DNA of 64,000 bases from NCBI RefSeq assembly GCF_009914755.1, contig NC_060938.1. One strand, written 5' to 3'. The position numbers were made by a program, and so were the translations under genes. Below the pieces are notes generated by a model that was not told the origin of the DNA, did no database searches, and saw nothing but the letters and a program-made list of their open reading frames with translations. This DNA is from the human T2T-CHM13v2.0 reference genome, Homo sapiens. Positions within the stretch are counted from its first letter, which is position 1, and the number at the start of each line of letters is the position of its first letter. This document shows, piece after piece, positions 27,841-52,660 of the stretch.

Positions 27841-28449
27841 AAGACAACCTGTTTGATGGCTGCGTATAGAACTGCAATGGAAACCAGATGTAGAAAGATT
27901 AATAAAGAAGGCAAAATTACAGTTGAAGGGAATCTGATTTATTCATAACATATTTGCAATTTATGAGTTTAAGATAATAGACATACTATACTATACTGTG
28001 TCTTGTATAAAAGGATGCATCTGGTGAACACTCATCTAAAAATTCTTATTTGATAAATATTGTTATAATGTCACCCTGTAGTTTATTTCTTGGGGTTTAA
28101 AAAATTTATATATAATAACTATAATATGTCTTTATTTTTCTTTCATGTTCTTCTGTAGTAAATCTTTACCTATAACCAGTGTTATAACTTAAAATCTGTT
28201 CACAGACAACTCACGGGGAGACTTTCACTCAGAATCTATGTAAAAACATAACCAAAATGATTAAAGACAGCTTTTGACTACAAAAGAGAAAATATATATG
28301 TTGAATAAAAAAGCAATTTAAAGCAAATTATAAAAAACAAAATGAAATTTCAAAAATACTTTTACATTGAGTGCCATGGTGCACACCTATAATCCCAGCT
28401 ACTTGCATCACTTGAGTCCAGGAGTTTGAGACCAACCTGAGTAATACAG

Positions 28450-28820
28450 TGTATTTGTCTGTTCTCGTGCTGCTAATAAAGACATACCCGAGACTGGGTA
28501 ATTTATAAAGGAAACAGGTTCAATTGACTCAGAGTTCAGCATGGCTGGGGAGGCCTCAGGAAACTTACAATCATGGCGGAAGGGGAAACAAACACATCCT
28601 TCTTCACATGGCAGCAGCAAGGAGAAGTGCCCAGCAAAAGAGGGAAAAGCCCCTTGTAAAACCATCAGATCTCGTGAGAACTCACTATCACGAGAACAGC
28701 ATTAGAGTAACTGCCCCCATAATTAACTTATCTCCTGCTGGGTCCCTTCCACCACACATGGTTATGGGAACTACAATTCAAGATGAGATTTGGGTGGGGA
28801 CACATAGTGTCCCCATGTCA
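28450..28820 (-). mobile_element. THE1 (C/D-like) solo LTR inserted in a FLAM/Alu monomer (28367-28850)
   Basis: tgta...ctgctaataaagacatacccgagactgggtaatttataaag...gagatttgggtggggacaca...tca; degenerate 5-bp TSD tacag/catag. Confidence 0.85.
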
Positions 28821-29077
28821 CATAGTGAGACCCCCATCTCAAAAAAATAAAACATCATGTTATATCAACAAACGGTAAGATAAAACAAGACACTAGACAA
28901 TAAATTCTGGTCTATACCTCACCTGCATGCATAGGTAGATTATCTGTTGTTCCCAGGATTTAGCACATAGAAATGACATTGTTTAATATTTTTTCATGAT
29001 GATTTTCAAAGGGTAAATGATCTCCCATATGACTATTTAAAAACTATATTTATTTTTCAGTTGCTCAGTACATGTAA

Positions 29078-32530
<3,453 letters not shown>

Positions 32531-32684
32531 TTTCCATAATAAAACTTAGCAAATGCTGATGTGAATCAGAAACATCAGTACAAAGGAAAGAACACAAAAA
32601 ACCCATTGGTAAGTGGTTCTGAAAATAACTCATACAATCACTGTTCTCTTTGATGAAAATATTTTTTCAAGATGATAAACAAGC

Positions 32685-32908
32685 ACTGCAGATACCTACC
32701 ATTGTGTTGCCTACAGTATTCAGTACAGTAACATACTGTGCAGGTTTGTAGTCTAGAAGCAATAGGTTATTCAGTATGGCCTAGGGGTATAGTAGTCTAC
32801 ACCACCTAGGTTTATGTAAACATACTCTATGATGTTCACACAACGATGTAACTGCCTAATGACACATTTCTCAGAACATGTTTCCACTGTTAAGTGATGC
32901 ATGACTGT
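32685..32908. mobile_element. Tigger3/MER7-like DNA transposon fragment
   Basis: ttgcctacagtattcagtacagtaacat...gcctaatgacacatttctcagaac...gttaagtgatgcatgactg. Confidence 0.7.
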
Positions 32909-33688
32909 ACGTTAATGTATGTGTGTTTTTCTGGGAGAAGGTTCCTATGACTTTCATTAAATTCTCAAAGGTGTTAATGATCCGAAAACTTCCTAAGAAC
33001 TATGACCCCAAAAGAAAATAATCAGCACTCGTATTCTAAGGAAACTGGCACATAGAATGAATTCAATAAACATTGTGAAATGAAATCTGAGTAAATAACT
33101 TTTATGTAGAGTATCATTAAACTTTTTTAATGCTGCCATCAGAGATACATGATCAGTATGAAAGATAAATCAGAGAAAAGAGGAGAAAAATGACAAATCA
33201 AGATGGAGTGACTACTACATTCCGGACGATAGTGCAGGCGGTGGGAGGACTTTGTTAAGGTAATTTCTGCTTTTTAGGAACATATGATCTAATTGGAATG
33301 ATAAAACATACAAAGTGGTGTAAGAATATTAGCAAAGGGAAAAAAGCAGTCAGTGTATTATACAATATATACTAGAATTTCTAAAGGTGATAGCCTCTGA
33401 GTGAGAAGTCTAGGTTTGAAGGAGTTTTTCACATATACAGGGTTTAATTGTGCTATCTGCAATAGGAAAAGACTGGAAGTATGAGGTATTGAATAGAAGG
33501 TATTGGAATAAATGAAGACTGCCCCTTCCTGCTCCTCTTTTTACAGGTTTCAGCTATCACGAAGAGAGCACCAGGGCAATGGGAAGCAATCCAGCGGTTT
33601 CTGAAGGGCGCACTCCCTGGCTCAACCTCCTTATGCTACTTTTGTGTTGGGGGGTTGGGGGCAGTTTGCTGACTTGACCAGAGGATAA

Positions 33689-35836
<2,148 letters not shown>

Positions 35837-36819
35837 CATATTTGGTATTCTTTTATTTTTTCCCCCTTTTTCAACTCATTGCTTGCTAACACATTTGATA
35901 TTCTTAAATCACCTTTGAGTTTTGTCAGTTTCTTTTCAAAACTCTTCAGTGGATTCCATGCATACAGGATAGTCTTATCTTCTTGCCTGGAATGTGTAGC
36001 CATTCCCTATCTGGCCTTAACAAACTTGATACCAGCTTGGTCGTTCATGATGCTCGTTAATAACAGACTAAACTTCTTCCCCTCCCCCAACACACCCTGC
36101 TCTTTCAGCCTCTTTGACTTTTTTCCTGGTGTTGTGTGTGTGGAATGCCTTCTCTATGTACATCCATATGGGGTGCTGAAGATGCCACCTTCCCCCACAA
36201 GGCTCTGATCCCTCTAGCAGAGCAAACTCTCTCTGGACTCCTGAAATACTTGTTATTTTCTCCTATCTTGAAAAAGTGTTATTTAGGTTCACATTATCTC
36301 CCAACCTAAAATATAAGTCCTTTAAAAACCAAGGTTCACGTTTGTTACATTTTTACATACTCATGGCCCAGGGTCACACTCACAATTGGTACAAATACCC
36401 ATTATGAAAGTAGAACGTGGTAACAGAAGACAGTGAAATAAAGTGCTGAGGGAGCCCAGTGGAGGAAGAGTTTATTTCAGTTGCCTTCACATTTGAAGTA
36501 AACCTTTAAGGATATTAGAACTGTGTTGGGCAGAAAAGATGGAAATCGGCAATCTAGGCCAAGGGAGCGACATGAATAAAGGTGGAGAGAGAAATGCACA
36601 ACTGAAGAACAATTTGTATGACTAAAATTTCGGTGGCAGGTTGTTAGGACTGAAAAGGCAGATTATGGAGGGCCCTGAAGGAGCTCCTAAATGCATTTGG
36701 ACTCAATTTTGAGGCCATGGGAAGCTACTGAGGCTTTTGAGCAGGGAAATGACATAGTAAGATGTATGTTTTAGGAAAATGACTATCAGCTGGGCATACA
36801 ATGGAACTAGGGATGAGAC

Positions 36820-37238
36820 CATTAGTTTGCATGTATGTGTCCTTCCAAAATTCATATGTTAGAACTTAAACCCCAAGGTGATGGTATTAGGAACTAGGGC
36901 TTTTGGGGAAGTGATTAAGTCATAAAGGCTCCACCTTCGTGAGTGGGACTAATGGCCCTATAAGAGAGGCATCAGAGAGCTGCTTGGCCCTTCCAGCTCT
37001 TCACTCACGTGAGAACACAGCATTTATCCCCTTTCACCCGTCTGCCTTCTGCCACGTGAGGATGCTGCAGCAAGGTGCCATCCTGGAAGCAGAGACCAAG
37101 CCCTCACCAGACACCAAATATACCAGTGCCTTGATCTTCAACTTCCCAGCCTCCACAGCTGTGAGAAATAAATTTCTGTTGTTTATAAATTACCCAGCCT
37201 GTGGTATTTTGTTACAGTATCAGGAATGGACTAAGGCA
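36820..37238 (+). mobile_element. MSTD/MLT1A-like MaLR LTR
   Basis: ccaaaattcatatgtt...gccttgatctt..cttcccagcctcca...gagaaataaatttctgttgtttataaattaccca...ggactaaggca. Confidence 0.75.
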
Positions 37239-37928
37239 AAGACCAATAGTTAGAGACTTTCACAATAGTCAGGAAGACAGTGACGGTATCTTGAACTACA
37301 GTGGTGGCAGTGAGAATGCAAAGAGGCAAGATGTGAAAGGAGACAGAGTGGAAAGAGAACTTCAATGGGGGGTGATGGAGAGGAAGCAGGTGTTCTCAAC
37401 CTGGAGTCTACGGAGAGAACTTAGGAGGGGTCCATAAACTTGGACAGAAAAATAGAACATCTTTATTTTCATTAACCTCTAAGTTAAATGTAGCATGCCT
37501 TCAATTACGAATACAGGCAACACACCAACGGCACCGGACTTCATCAAATTGGCAAAGGGATCCATGGCATAAAAAATAATTTCTTCACTCTAAGGGCCTA
37601 AAAGTCTGGTAATGTCTTTACCAGAAACAAAGACTACAATTAAATAGGAAAACTTTAAAACATTAAAAATAAAAAAAAATTAAAAAAAAAAACCCAACAA
37701 TGTGTGGGGACTGAGGGAAGGAAGAGTAGTAAAAATGGAAAAAGTTCTCAGTTTGACTTTGGATGTGTCGAGTTTCAGGTGGCAGCCCACCCTTATTTCA
37801 TAAGAGGACATCTGATTTCTTATGTCCAGTCGCCTTCAGCTGCAGGGAACCTGAATCATCTCTATACAGTAGGAATCTGCATTTCTCATTCTGTTCCTCC
37901 TCCCATCTCTCAGCATTGAAAAGAGTCC

Positions 37929-38036
37929 AGGGGTGACCAACTGTCCTGGTTTGCCTGGGACAGAGGGGTTTTCCAGGACACATTCAATGCTAAAACCAGG
38001 AAAATCCAAGCAAACTACGATGAGCTCATCATCCTA
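37929..38036. mobile_element. MER81-like hAT-Blackjack MITE
   Basis: gggtgaccaactgtcctggtttgcctgggacagaggggtttt...gctaaaacc. Confidence 0.65.
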
Positions 38037-38966
38037 AGCGCCCCTCAAATCTGGCACTGTATGCTAATAAGGCTATAATAATACTATCTACATTACAAAA
38101 CTATGCTATTTAAGGTTTCTTTTAGATCTGAGTTTGTCCATCTGTTCTTCCCATGAGATGGAAAATCCTGAAGGAAAATCTTCCTCTCATAAGGTCAGAC
38201 TCAACAAATCCATTAGTAACTGCATATCATTATGTCAACAGTTCTACAATTTATACAGTTCTGGCACATTCACATATCATGCAATCCTCACAAGAACTCC
38301 ATGAGGTAGCTTGGATTCTCTTCATATCACAGAAACCGAGTCTCTGCAAGATTTATTACTCCGCTTTACCTCACCCAGCAAGCAAAGTGGCCGGCTCCTA
38401 GCACTGCAGCTGTCAAAGAACACTGAGACACTGTGTGCTCTGTACAGAGACAAGAGTGGCTGTTGCTACACGGAGATTATGCAAAGCTGCAAGTTTCTTT
38501 CTATTGCCATGCCCAGGAACTCAGTGCTTTGACATTACACTGATTTACAATAATATGAAGTGTTAATTTTAAGCACAAGGTACCCTAAGGTAAGGTGTCG
38601 GCTGACCTAAGGGAAAAGGCAAAAAAGCCAATACATAAATGTCCAAAACCAGTAAGATTAAGCAATAACAGCAATAATCTGCAAATCAAAATGTATGGCA
38701 AATGGTACAAAAACTATGCTCCCAGATGCAGCATCTAATCAGAAAATCTACACACGGTAGTGAGTATACCTGTATTAATCAATACAGAAAATCAACATGC
38801 CCGAGTGTGCCTGCATTGATCGATCCAGGAATCTTGGCCGGGGATGGAATGGTGAAAGCCAGGATAGATAAACCACGGTAGTAACGTACTACTAATGCTC
38901 CATACACTTAAGGGGCCTGGCCCTGCCAGGTTTATTGACCCTGCAATTCACCAGCTACCTCCTCCT

Positions 38967-38980
38967 GTCGCCATGGCAAC
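38967..38980. promoter_or_regulatory. RFX X-box motif
   Basis: GTCGCCATGGCAAC, one mismatch from the palindromic X-box GTTGCCATGGCAAC. Confidence 0.6.
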
Positions 38981-38997
38981 ACCCACACCCAAGCAGC

Positions 38998-39052
38998 TCC
39001 AGAATTCACCTTTGGATATCCAGAATTCACCTTTGGATATCCACAATCCACC
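38998..39052 (+). repeat. 21-bp tandem duplication (2 perfect copies plus a degenerate partial)
   Basis: tccagaattcacctttggata x2, then tccacaatccacc. Confidence 0.9.
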
Positions 39053-39479
39053 GAATTTGCACCTACGCAGTTCAAATAAACCAACAAAAGATATCCCCAC
39101 CCGCTAAACTGAGACAACCACGACCTTTTCCATTTCCCCGATCTCTAATTCATCCACGGAACATGTCTTTAATTTTTCACCCATATCCACTGAAGGGAGG
39201 GTGAGTCCTAAACAACGACCACTTTTGATACAGTAAGAGGTTTTTTCCTTTCCTCCCCCTCCCCCACTCTTTTTTTGCGGGGTTGGACATCAGAGACGAA
39301 TGAAAACCGGATGCGCACACAAACAACATTTGCCTAAAAAAGACAAGTTAGTTGGTATGATCAAAATAATTTTCAGCCAACGTCTCGTGGCACGTCTGTC
39401 AGGCAAGCTGAGTTTTGCCTCTGCAGGCGACCGCCTCTGGAGCTGAGAAATAGTTTCCAGCGCGGCTGTTTGATTTACA

Positions 39480-40980
39480 GCTCTCAAAAACAAAAACGCA
39501 TTCTGTGCCGACGGGACCGCGCACAGCGTGAGCAACAACCATGACGTATTCGGGAGAGTTTTCCAGAACGGCTCTCCGGCTCCAGCAAGATGCCCAGGCA
39601 GCAAATCTCATTTCTGCTGGGAGAAATGGAATCAAATCGCACCCCACTGCCCGAGCCCACAGAACGCAAATCAAGCGGTTTCATTACAACGGTAGTTAAA
39701 CCCTTCCTCAGACCCTGAGCTCTGCCCCGAGCCCCGGGGCCTCGCTTTCTACCCCCACCACATCCCTAGGACCTGGGAAAAACAAAACGACCCTCCGTAG
39801 AGGAAAAGGAAACCCCAAACAAAACTCGGGCGCAGAGCCTATTTCTACTGGCCAAAGAGCGCCGCCAAGACCCCTTCCGTCCGGGGCTGTCCGCGCTGCC
39901 ACTAGTAAAGATGGCGGCCATAGGCGGAGCCGCTCACTCCGAAGGCCGCAGGCTACCCTGCCGGCCACGACCATTCACGCGGAGCCCTCCACGCCCTTCG
40001 CGGCTTGACGCATTGCAGGTGCAGCGCGACCAATCAGACGGCGCGGCTCTTTTCGGCCAACCACTGCAGGGTCGCGCCGGCCTATCAGAGCGTCCTTGTC
40101 AAACTGAACGAGGAAAGAAGCCTCAGCAGCGCCAACTAAGCAACCGGCTACAGACCGCGTTCCGGTGCGTGTGTGACGACACCGCCGTGTGCTCCTCCGC
40201 TGGGAGATATAGTGCCCTCGCCCTTGCCTCGCACCGCCCGCGAGCGCTCCAAAGGCTTGGGCGTGCGGCTTGCTCTTCCTCTCCGCTTGACGGGCGGTGG
40301 TTCCCCCGAGACAGAAACTTGACTGAAAAATAATACCAAATACCCGTGCTGCGGCCCGTGGCCCTCCATAGGGCCACCTGAACTAGCCTCGCCTGTCCCC
40401 TTGCTCTTTGCCGTTCGTCCTTCGCGTTTTGTGAAAACAGTTGGCGCCGCAGAAATGAGATAAACGCCCCTGAGCTCGAAACCCGCACTCGAACTGCCAC
40501 CGAGCCGACCCTTCCTGTTTTGGAACTCAGGGCCCGGCCACCCGAGAAGCACCCTCATGGGCACTTTGTTTCTACAAGGGCCCGTTTCCATTTCCTTCCT
40601 AAGGTTTCCTTATCTCCTGCGGCAGGAGGGGCCCGCTGGGCTCGGGTTTTCAGCTGCGTTGGAGCTGCAGAGGCTGCGGAGTGAACGCGGCCAGGAGCCC
40701 GCCTGGGAGCGCGCAGCGCTCTAGGAGCCGAGAGCCGCTGCTTGGCCCTCGCTGGCCGGGTAAACCGAGGGGAAGCTCCTGGCCTCCTTTCCCTTAAGCC
40801 CCTTATTGCTTCTGTGGGGAAGGCCCTCCTAGGTAGAGGCGAAGGACCGGGGAGATAACCTCTCCCATGGGCCACATCCGCTGCCATGGTCTGTGTCGTG
40901 CCAGAAGGTACCTCTCAGCCCTCAGTGCCGTGAAAAATCTGACACTCAAGAAGGTCGATTGACACGCCTAACGTCGCACA
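39480..40980. promoter_or_regulatory. Orphan CpG island, probable bidirectional lncRNA promoter or enhancer
   Basis: CpG-dense. YY1 AAGATGGCGGCC 39908-39919, CCAATCAG 40030-40037, ETS core CTTCCG 39874-39879, CRE-like TGACGTA 39542-39548. No recognisable protein ORF. Confidence 0.8.
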
Positions 40981-41812
40981 GCAATTTAGTAGCACAGCAC
41001 AGAATAGAAGCTACCCAGGCTGGCTGTCTCCCAAGCCTGTGTTTCTCTACCACACACAGTAACACTGCGTCTTCCAGAGCTGAAGCTGTAGTCGTGAGAT
41101 GGCTCAAGCATTTGGGGGAACTGGAAGGCAGACCTGGGAATGAAGAGAATTGTTTTCTTTGAGCAGAATTTTCAGTCAGTGGCCTACAGAAAAAGTAGAG
41201 AAGAAACATTACTTGGTTATTGTCACTGTTCCAAGAGGCTAGCTAAGAAAATTAAATCGTGTGGATTTCTTAAAACTGCTGTTTCGTGTAACCTCCAAAC
41301 ATCTATCTGTGACTTTGGCACAAGGTGGCTTGGATGTCTGATCTTTGTGATTGAACTATATTCACATCCTGTTTCTAAGATTGTGTTACTAATGGTTTTT
41401 CCTGAGGTTTTACAACCAGTAGTGGTGTCTGCGCTGTAGTCAAGTGAAGGTTCTTTGATCTAAGGCTATACTTGTCAGTTGCTGTTTATTGCTTCTTAAA
41501 CTTTTACTCAAAGTCTTCTTCAAAAAGGAGAAAAGCTGTGGTTTTCTTTCTGTAGGCGGTTAGTAGTCATTCCCAAAGATGTTTGCCAAGTGAGCAAATA
41601 TATTGGAACTTCCAAATGAGCATTTCACTGTAAAAATACCTGCCCCAAAAACAATACGACATGTTTCTTTTGCAATTTATATGGTATAGGAAACATGTTC
41701 TGTGACTTCTTTGTAGCAAGCCAGATCCTGATGTGAAAAAAGAGATCTAACTGTGCCAATAACAAATTGAGAATTCTTGAGTAAGTTCCTTTCCTGTGTT
41801 CTTGGGACCTCA

Positions 41813-43743
<1,931 letters not shown>

Positions 43744-44430
43744 TAACTCTTGAGACAAGTCCACTGTGACCTCAGATGTATATACATCCACATCTCTAAG
43801 AGTCTCCTGGTTACTAGGGAATTCCGCACAAGTTCCTCACAAAATTCACAAGCAAGAATATTTAGAATCATGAAATTCTAAATCTGGGAAGAACCAGAGA
43901 AAGTCCATCTGGTCTAACTTTTACATTTTCCAGATAAGAAAACTAAGTCCCGAGAAGGGACTAGTTAGGGAAAGAGCAGGCTTTTAGACTGCTCTTTCCT
44001 TTGACCTTTGAAAACATTTTAATCAAAGAACAATCATAATAAGGGGAGTAGAGGAATGTTATCATTCACAGGGCTTCCAAGTGACTGTGGAAAATCTTGG
44101 GAGGCTTTGCTTTGGACTTTGTTATCCATTTAGGGACTGGCTGTTCTGAATTGTTCTCTGTGCTAGGCCTTATCTAAACCGCTTGCCTTAAATCTTTGAC
44201 CTTCATTTAAATTGCTGACACTTTCCCCATGTGAAACTGTATCATAATTTCTTCTGTCTTCTTTAGGCTAGCAGCATTTCCCTTTCTTATTCCCAGAAGA
44301 GCTCAGAGAAGCTTATTTTTTTAGATGAGTGATGCATAAAAAGGAATGTGGCTGCACAATTCTAATTATTTCATAAAGTTCTGAGGTATTTTTAGGGTGT
44401 TGCAAAGTGCTAATAAAAAATAATCATATT

Positions 44431-44620
44431 CATGGACATACAGAGTGGAATAATAGACACTGGAGACTCCACAAAGTGGGAGGGCAGTGAGGGATGAGAA
44501 ATTACCTGTTGGGTACATCGTATACTACTCAGGTGACAGTCACACTAAAAGCCCAGACTCCACCACTGTGCAATATATACATGTAACAAAAATGTACCCT
44601 TTAAATCTATAAAAAATAAA
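44431..44620 (+). mobile_element. L1 (L1MA/L1PB-like) 3' end fragment
   Basis: catggacatacagagtggaataatagacactggagactc...ctaaaagcccagact...catgtaacaaaa, then AATAAA. Confidence 0.75.
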
Positions 44621-46959
44621 TCCTTTCTAGCCCAGTTTGCTAAGGGTTTTTTTTTTCATGAAGAACATTTATAATAAACTCTTTGTTCTGCATAAAAAAG
44701 GAATAATGTTTATGTCTTTATTTCCCATTATGTGACTTTTAGGCTGCTTTCTAAAATTTTGATTTCTTTTCTTCAGGTGGTTAAAACAGTATGATTGGAC
44801 TTGTTTAGAGCATGGTGCTCTTTCACAGAAAGAGAAACTTGTTCCAAGGCTTCAGCAGTATCCTAACCCCCTAACCCAGCTGGCCGTCTAGCAAATATTC
44901 ACAGCATACAAGTTTCGAAAGTCAGAATGGCTCGGTGGGAGCCTATGGTGTCACCATACGGAACACAGTTTGAAATGTGTGCTCAAACCACGAAGTATTC
45001 CCATATGCAAAGGTTCCCACAGGTCTCAATTGAATCTGTATAAAAAATTAAAAAATAAAAATAAAGTTCCCACAGGTACAAAGCGCAGAATACCTTTTCT
45101 CAGTTCTTTCCCCTTCTTTAGGACTTGAAAATCAGAAATGCCTCTAGTAGAGTCTCCGTGTCAGCAGACCATTTAAAATATGGCTCATATGTTTTGCTGC
45201 TATTCAGTTTTAAGGTCATTTCCTAAGTTTCAAACTTTGTGGGAAACAGGTGCAACTGTGAACCTTCGTGTGGCAGGGAAGAGCTGGAGCAGTGAAACAT
45301 GAAACTACAAATCAGTTCTCTGAGTCACAAATCTCTTGGGCTGCTGTGGAAGACAGTGATGACTCAGCAGAATTGCATGGGACTGGTGGAGGGTGAGGCG
45401 GCTGAGGGCTCAGTGCCCTGAGTACCAACCTGTTGGGGGTGCTGCCAAATGATGGGAGACCGAGTTGGATCTTCCCACTGCTGAGCCCTTCCGCAGACTA
45501 AGTCAGACCCCCTGACCTGGGTTCTGAATGGATTTCTGACCCACCCATTGCCATTTAGCACAATGATATTTTAAATATTATACGCAACCACATCGTATAT
45601 TTCCCTAGGGTTTGTTTATTACACTAATGTTACAGATGAGATAGCTGAGTCTGCCTGGCTAAGTGGCCAACGAATCAGCCATTTAACCTAGCAAATGAGA
45701 TGCAGCAATATGGTCCTCTTCTTGGGAAAAAGCTATTTGCTTTGTCAAAACAATGAAAATAACAAAGCCTTGAGTAACCCTTCATCAAAATAAGACAAAT
45801 TTTCTGTCTATGCTTTTTGGTTTATGAGAATGAGAATGAGAAGGAAGGTGACACACTGATACTCAGTTGTACAACTTGAAAACACTCCTGAAGGTACATC
45901 TTTTCAGTGGCCAAATGATTCAATCATCCCGTTGTGATGCCTGGAGTTGGTTTATTAGCCAATGACTCAGAGCCTCAACTTAGAATGAATAAAACTCAAT
46001 AAGCATCTTCACTAGATTCAGATGGAGGTGGTTTTTCTGTTCAAAGACAACTTCCCTTTGACTATATTTTCTCCATTATAGGAAGCAGAGGATGGATCCA
46101 GTTATGTGAAAGTCTGAAGAAAATTGCCAAAGGATGGGTCAGCCAAGGTATACGCTTGCTCGTGACTGTAGAAGGATACAGGTTGGGATCAAAGCAGGGA
46201 TAGTTCAGGATGTTCCTCAGGAGGTGTGGCCTCCCACCTTGCTTTCAGAATTAAAGCAAAGGACTTTCTTTTCCTTTTGTATTTTGAGAAATTCACTTTT
46301 AATATCCTCTTCAGTCCTGAGAGTGAATTGAGCTCAACACTAATCAATTAAATAGTTGACTGGTGTTTAATGAGTCAAATGCTATGCTGAGTTCAAAAAG
46401 TATATCTTGGCTTCTACTACTATCTGGTTGATGTTAGATATATGAAACGATAATATCAGGTAGAAAAGGACAAGAGGGGTAGGAATTCAGCGGAGAGGAA
46501 GTTCATTTGGAGTTGTGATAATCAGGAAAGTTTGAAACATGTTGCATTTAAACTGGGCATGAAGGACCCGTAGGATTTAGATAGGTGGTGAGGATATGGA
46601 TAGGCATTTGGACACTAGGAATGGCATGGAAAAGGCAATGAGTTGAGAGGAGACAATGTATATTCAGGGGACAGAGACGATACTGATTTGTCTGAAGCAA
46701 AGAATGTATAGAATAACAAAGGATGGTAATGCTGAAAAAGTAGATTGGCAAACTGTTGAAAGGCATTGGGAGGCATTGAGGGTTTTTGAGCATGGGAGTG
46801 ACATGATGAAACTGCTGGCAGCTGTGCATTGGATGGATCAGAAGGGGACAAGCTCATTGGGATAGATAAAGATCATGGATGTGCTATTAGAAATTTTGGG
46901 ATCCTCAACATTCCTGATCCAGGCAAACACAGATACTTCCTTTTTTAAAATTTCTAGAA

Positions 46960-47152
46960 TGGAGCTATCTGATGTAACTTATTGGAATGATGGAAATGTT
47001 CCATGCTGCCCAATATGGTAACCACTAGCCATATGGGCCTATTGAGCACTTGAAATGTGGCTATAAAGACTGAGGAACTCAATTTTAAATTTTAATTAAG
47101 TTTGATTTAAATAGCCACATGTGATTAGTGACTACTGGATTGGGCAGCACAG
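46960..47152. mobile_element. MER3-like hAT-Charlie element
   Basis: aatgatggaaatgttc...ccactagccata...ctattgagcacttgaaatgtggcta...ttaaatagccacatgtg. Confidence 0.7.
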
Positions 47153-47637
47153 CTCTAGAAGGCAGGACAGAGGCTATTTATTGATTGAAAACCAAACCAC
47201 ACAGTTGCCAAATTAGATCTTAAGTCTGTTGGAATTGGTGGGGCCAATTCTTTAATATAACCCACAATCAGCATCAATTTACCTGATTTATCATTATGGT
47301 CTGGTTTTCCGTGTATCAAGACCTCAGCGACAGTACCCATTTGTGCCAATCACTGGTTCTGCTCTACAGGCAAACTGAGTCACCCCAAAACCCTGCCATT
47401 TCAGTTTATCGCTGTGGCCACATATCCCTCAACTGAATAGCTGTTAAATCATTTGTAAACTGCTAAATGTCTGTTGCTGCGTGGATAAGCTTTAGACCTG
47501 TTCTATGGTTTGACCTGCATTCTAGCACATATGTTGAAATATGAAGTTGCTGGTTATCGTTTGGATGCTAATTGAAGTTACTATTGCCCTTGCTTTCGGA
47601 TTAATGAGGAAAATGATAGTTTAAGAATTTCCAGGCC

Positions 47638-51956
<4,319 letters not shown>

Positions 51957-52660
51957 AAGATGCAGTTTTAATAAGGAGTTTGGCCATTTAGGCTTGTAAC
52001 TGACTGGATTATTGCATATTCTTTAAAATTAATTTGTATTAGTCCCTTTTCTTCTATTTCCTTATCTCCAACTCTCGCATTAGTATGCACGCTTTATTCC
52101 TACTCAGGTTTTCCCCTATGAGCCCAGGAGTATTATTATTATTTTTTTGCAGGGATTAGGATCAGGTTTGTGAAGTGAATAGTGTCTTTCTAATCTGCAG
52201 AGGGAAGGCAGCATCCCCTGGCTTGCTGCTGCAGCCTCTCTTTAAATTAAACAGCAGGTTCACTCTTTCTGCGGCATTCCAGAAGGAACATCAGTAGGAA
52301 CAGCTCCACAGATGCTGACGTCTTGTCTAAGGTTATCCCAAGAAGTCCTGTGGCATTTGCAATGTGCCTGTACATTTTTCCTTTTTTAAAAAACATATTC
52401 CTGCAGACTTTGTTGAAACCAGAAACAAACACAAGCAAGCAAAGCCCTTTCTAGCACAGCATGTTAATCACACACTTTGCCATATTCTGTGAAACAGTAA
52501 GCAAATGATAACCTCCAACTGTTGCCCGGGCCCTGTAAAACAGAAGATCAAATTCTGTGTTCTGCCTTGGCAAGAAAAGAAACTGCAGCATTTTGTCTAG
52601 ATTTTTACAAGTCCTGGGGTTCACATTACTGGCTGAAATTGTTCTTTCTCTACTTTACAG

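Noticed and set aside
39911-40333. 140-aa ORF starting at AAGATGGCGGCC (MAAIGG...)
   Set aside because: The ATG is part of the YY1 motif and the peptide resembles nothing I recognise; not called without Ribo-seq or PhyloCSF support.
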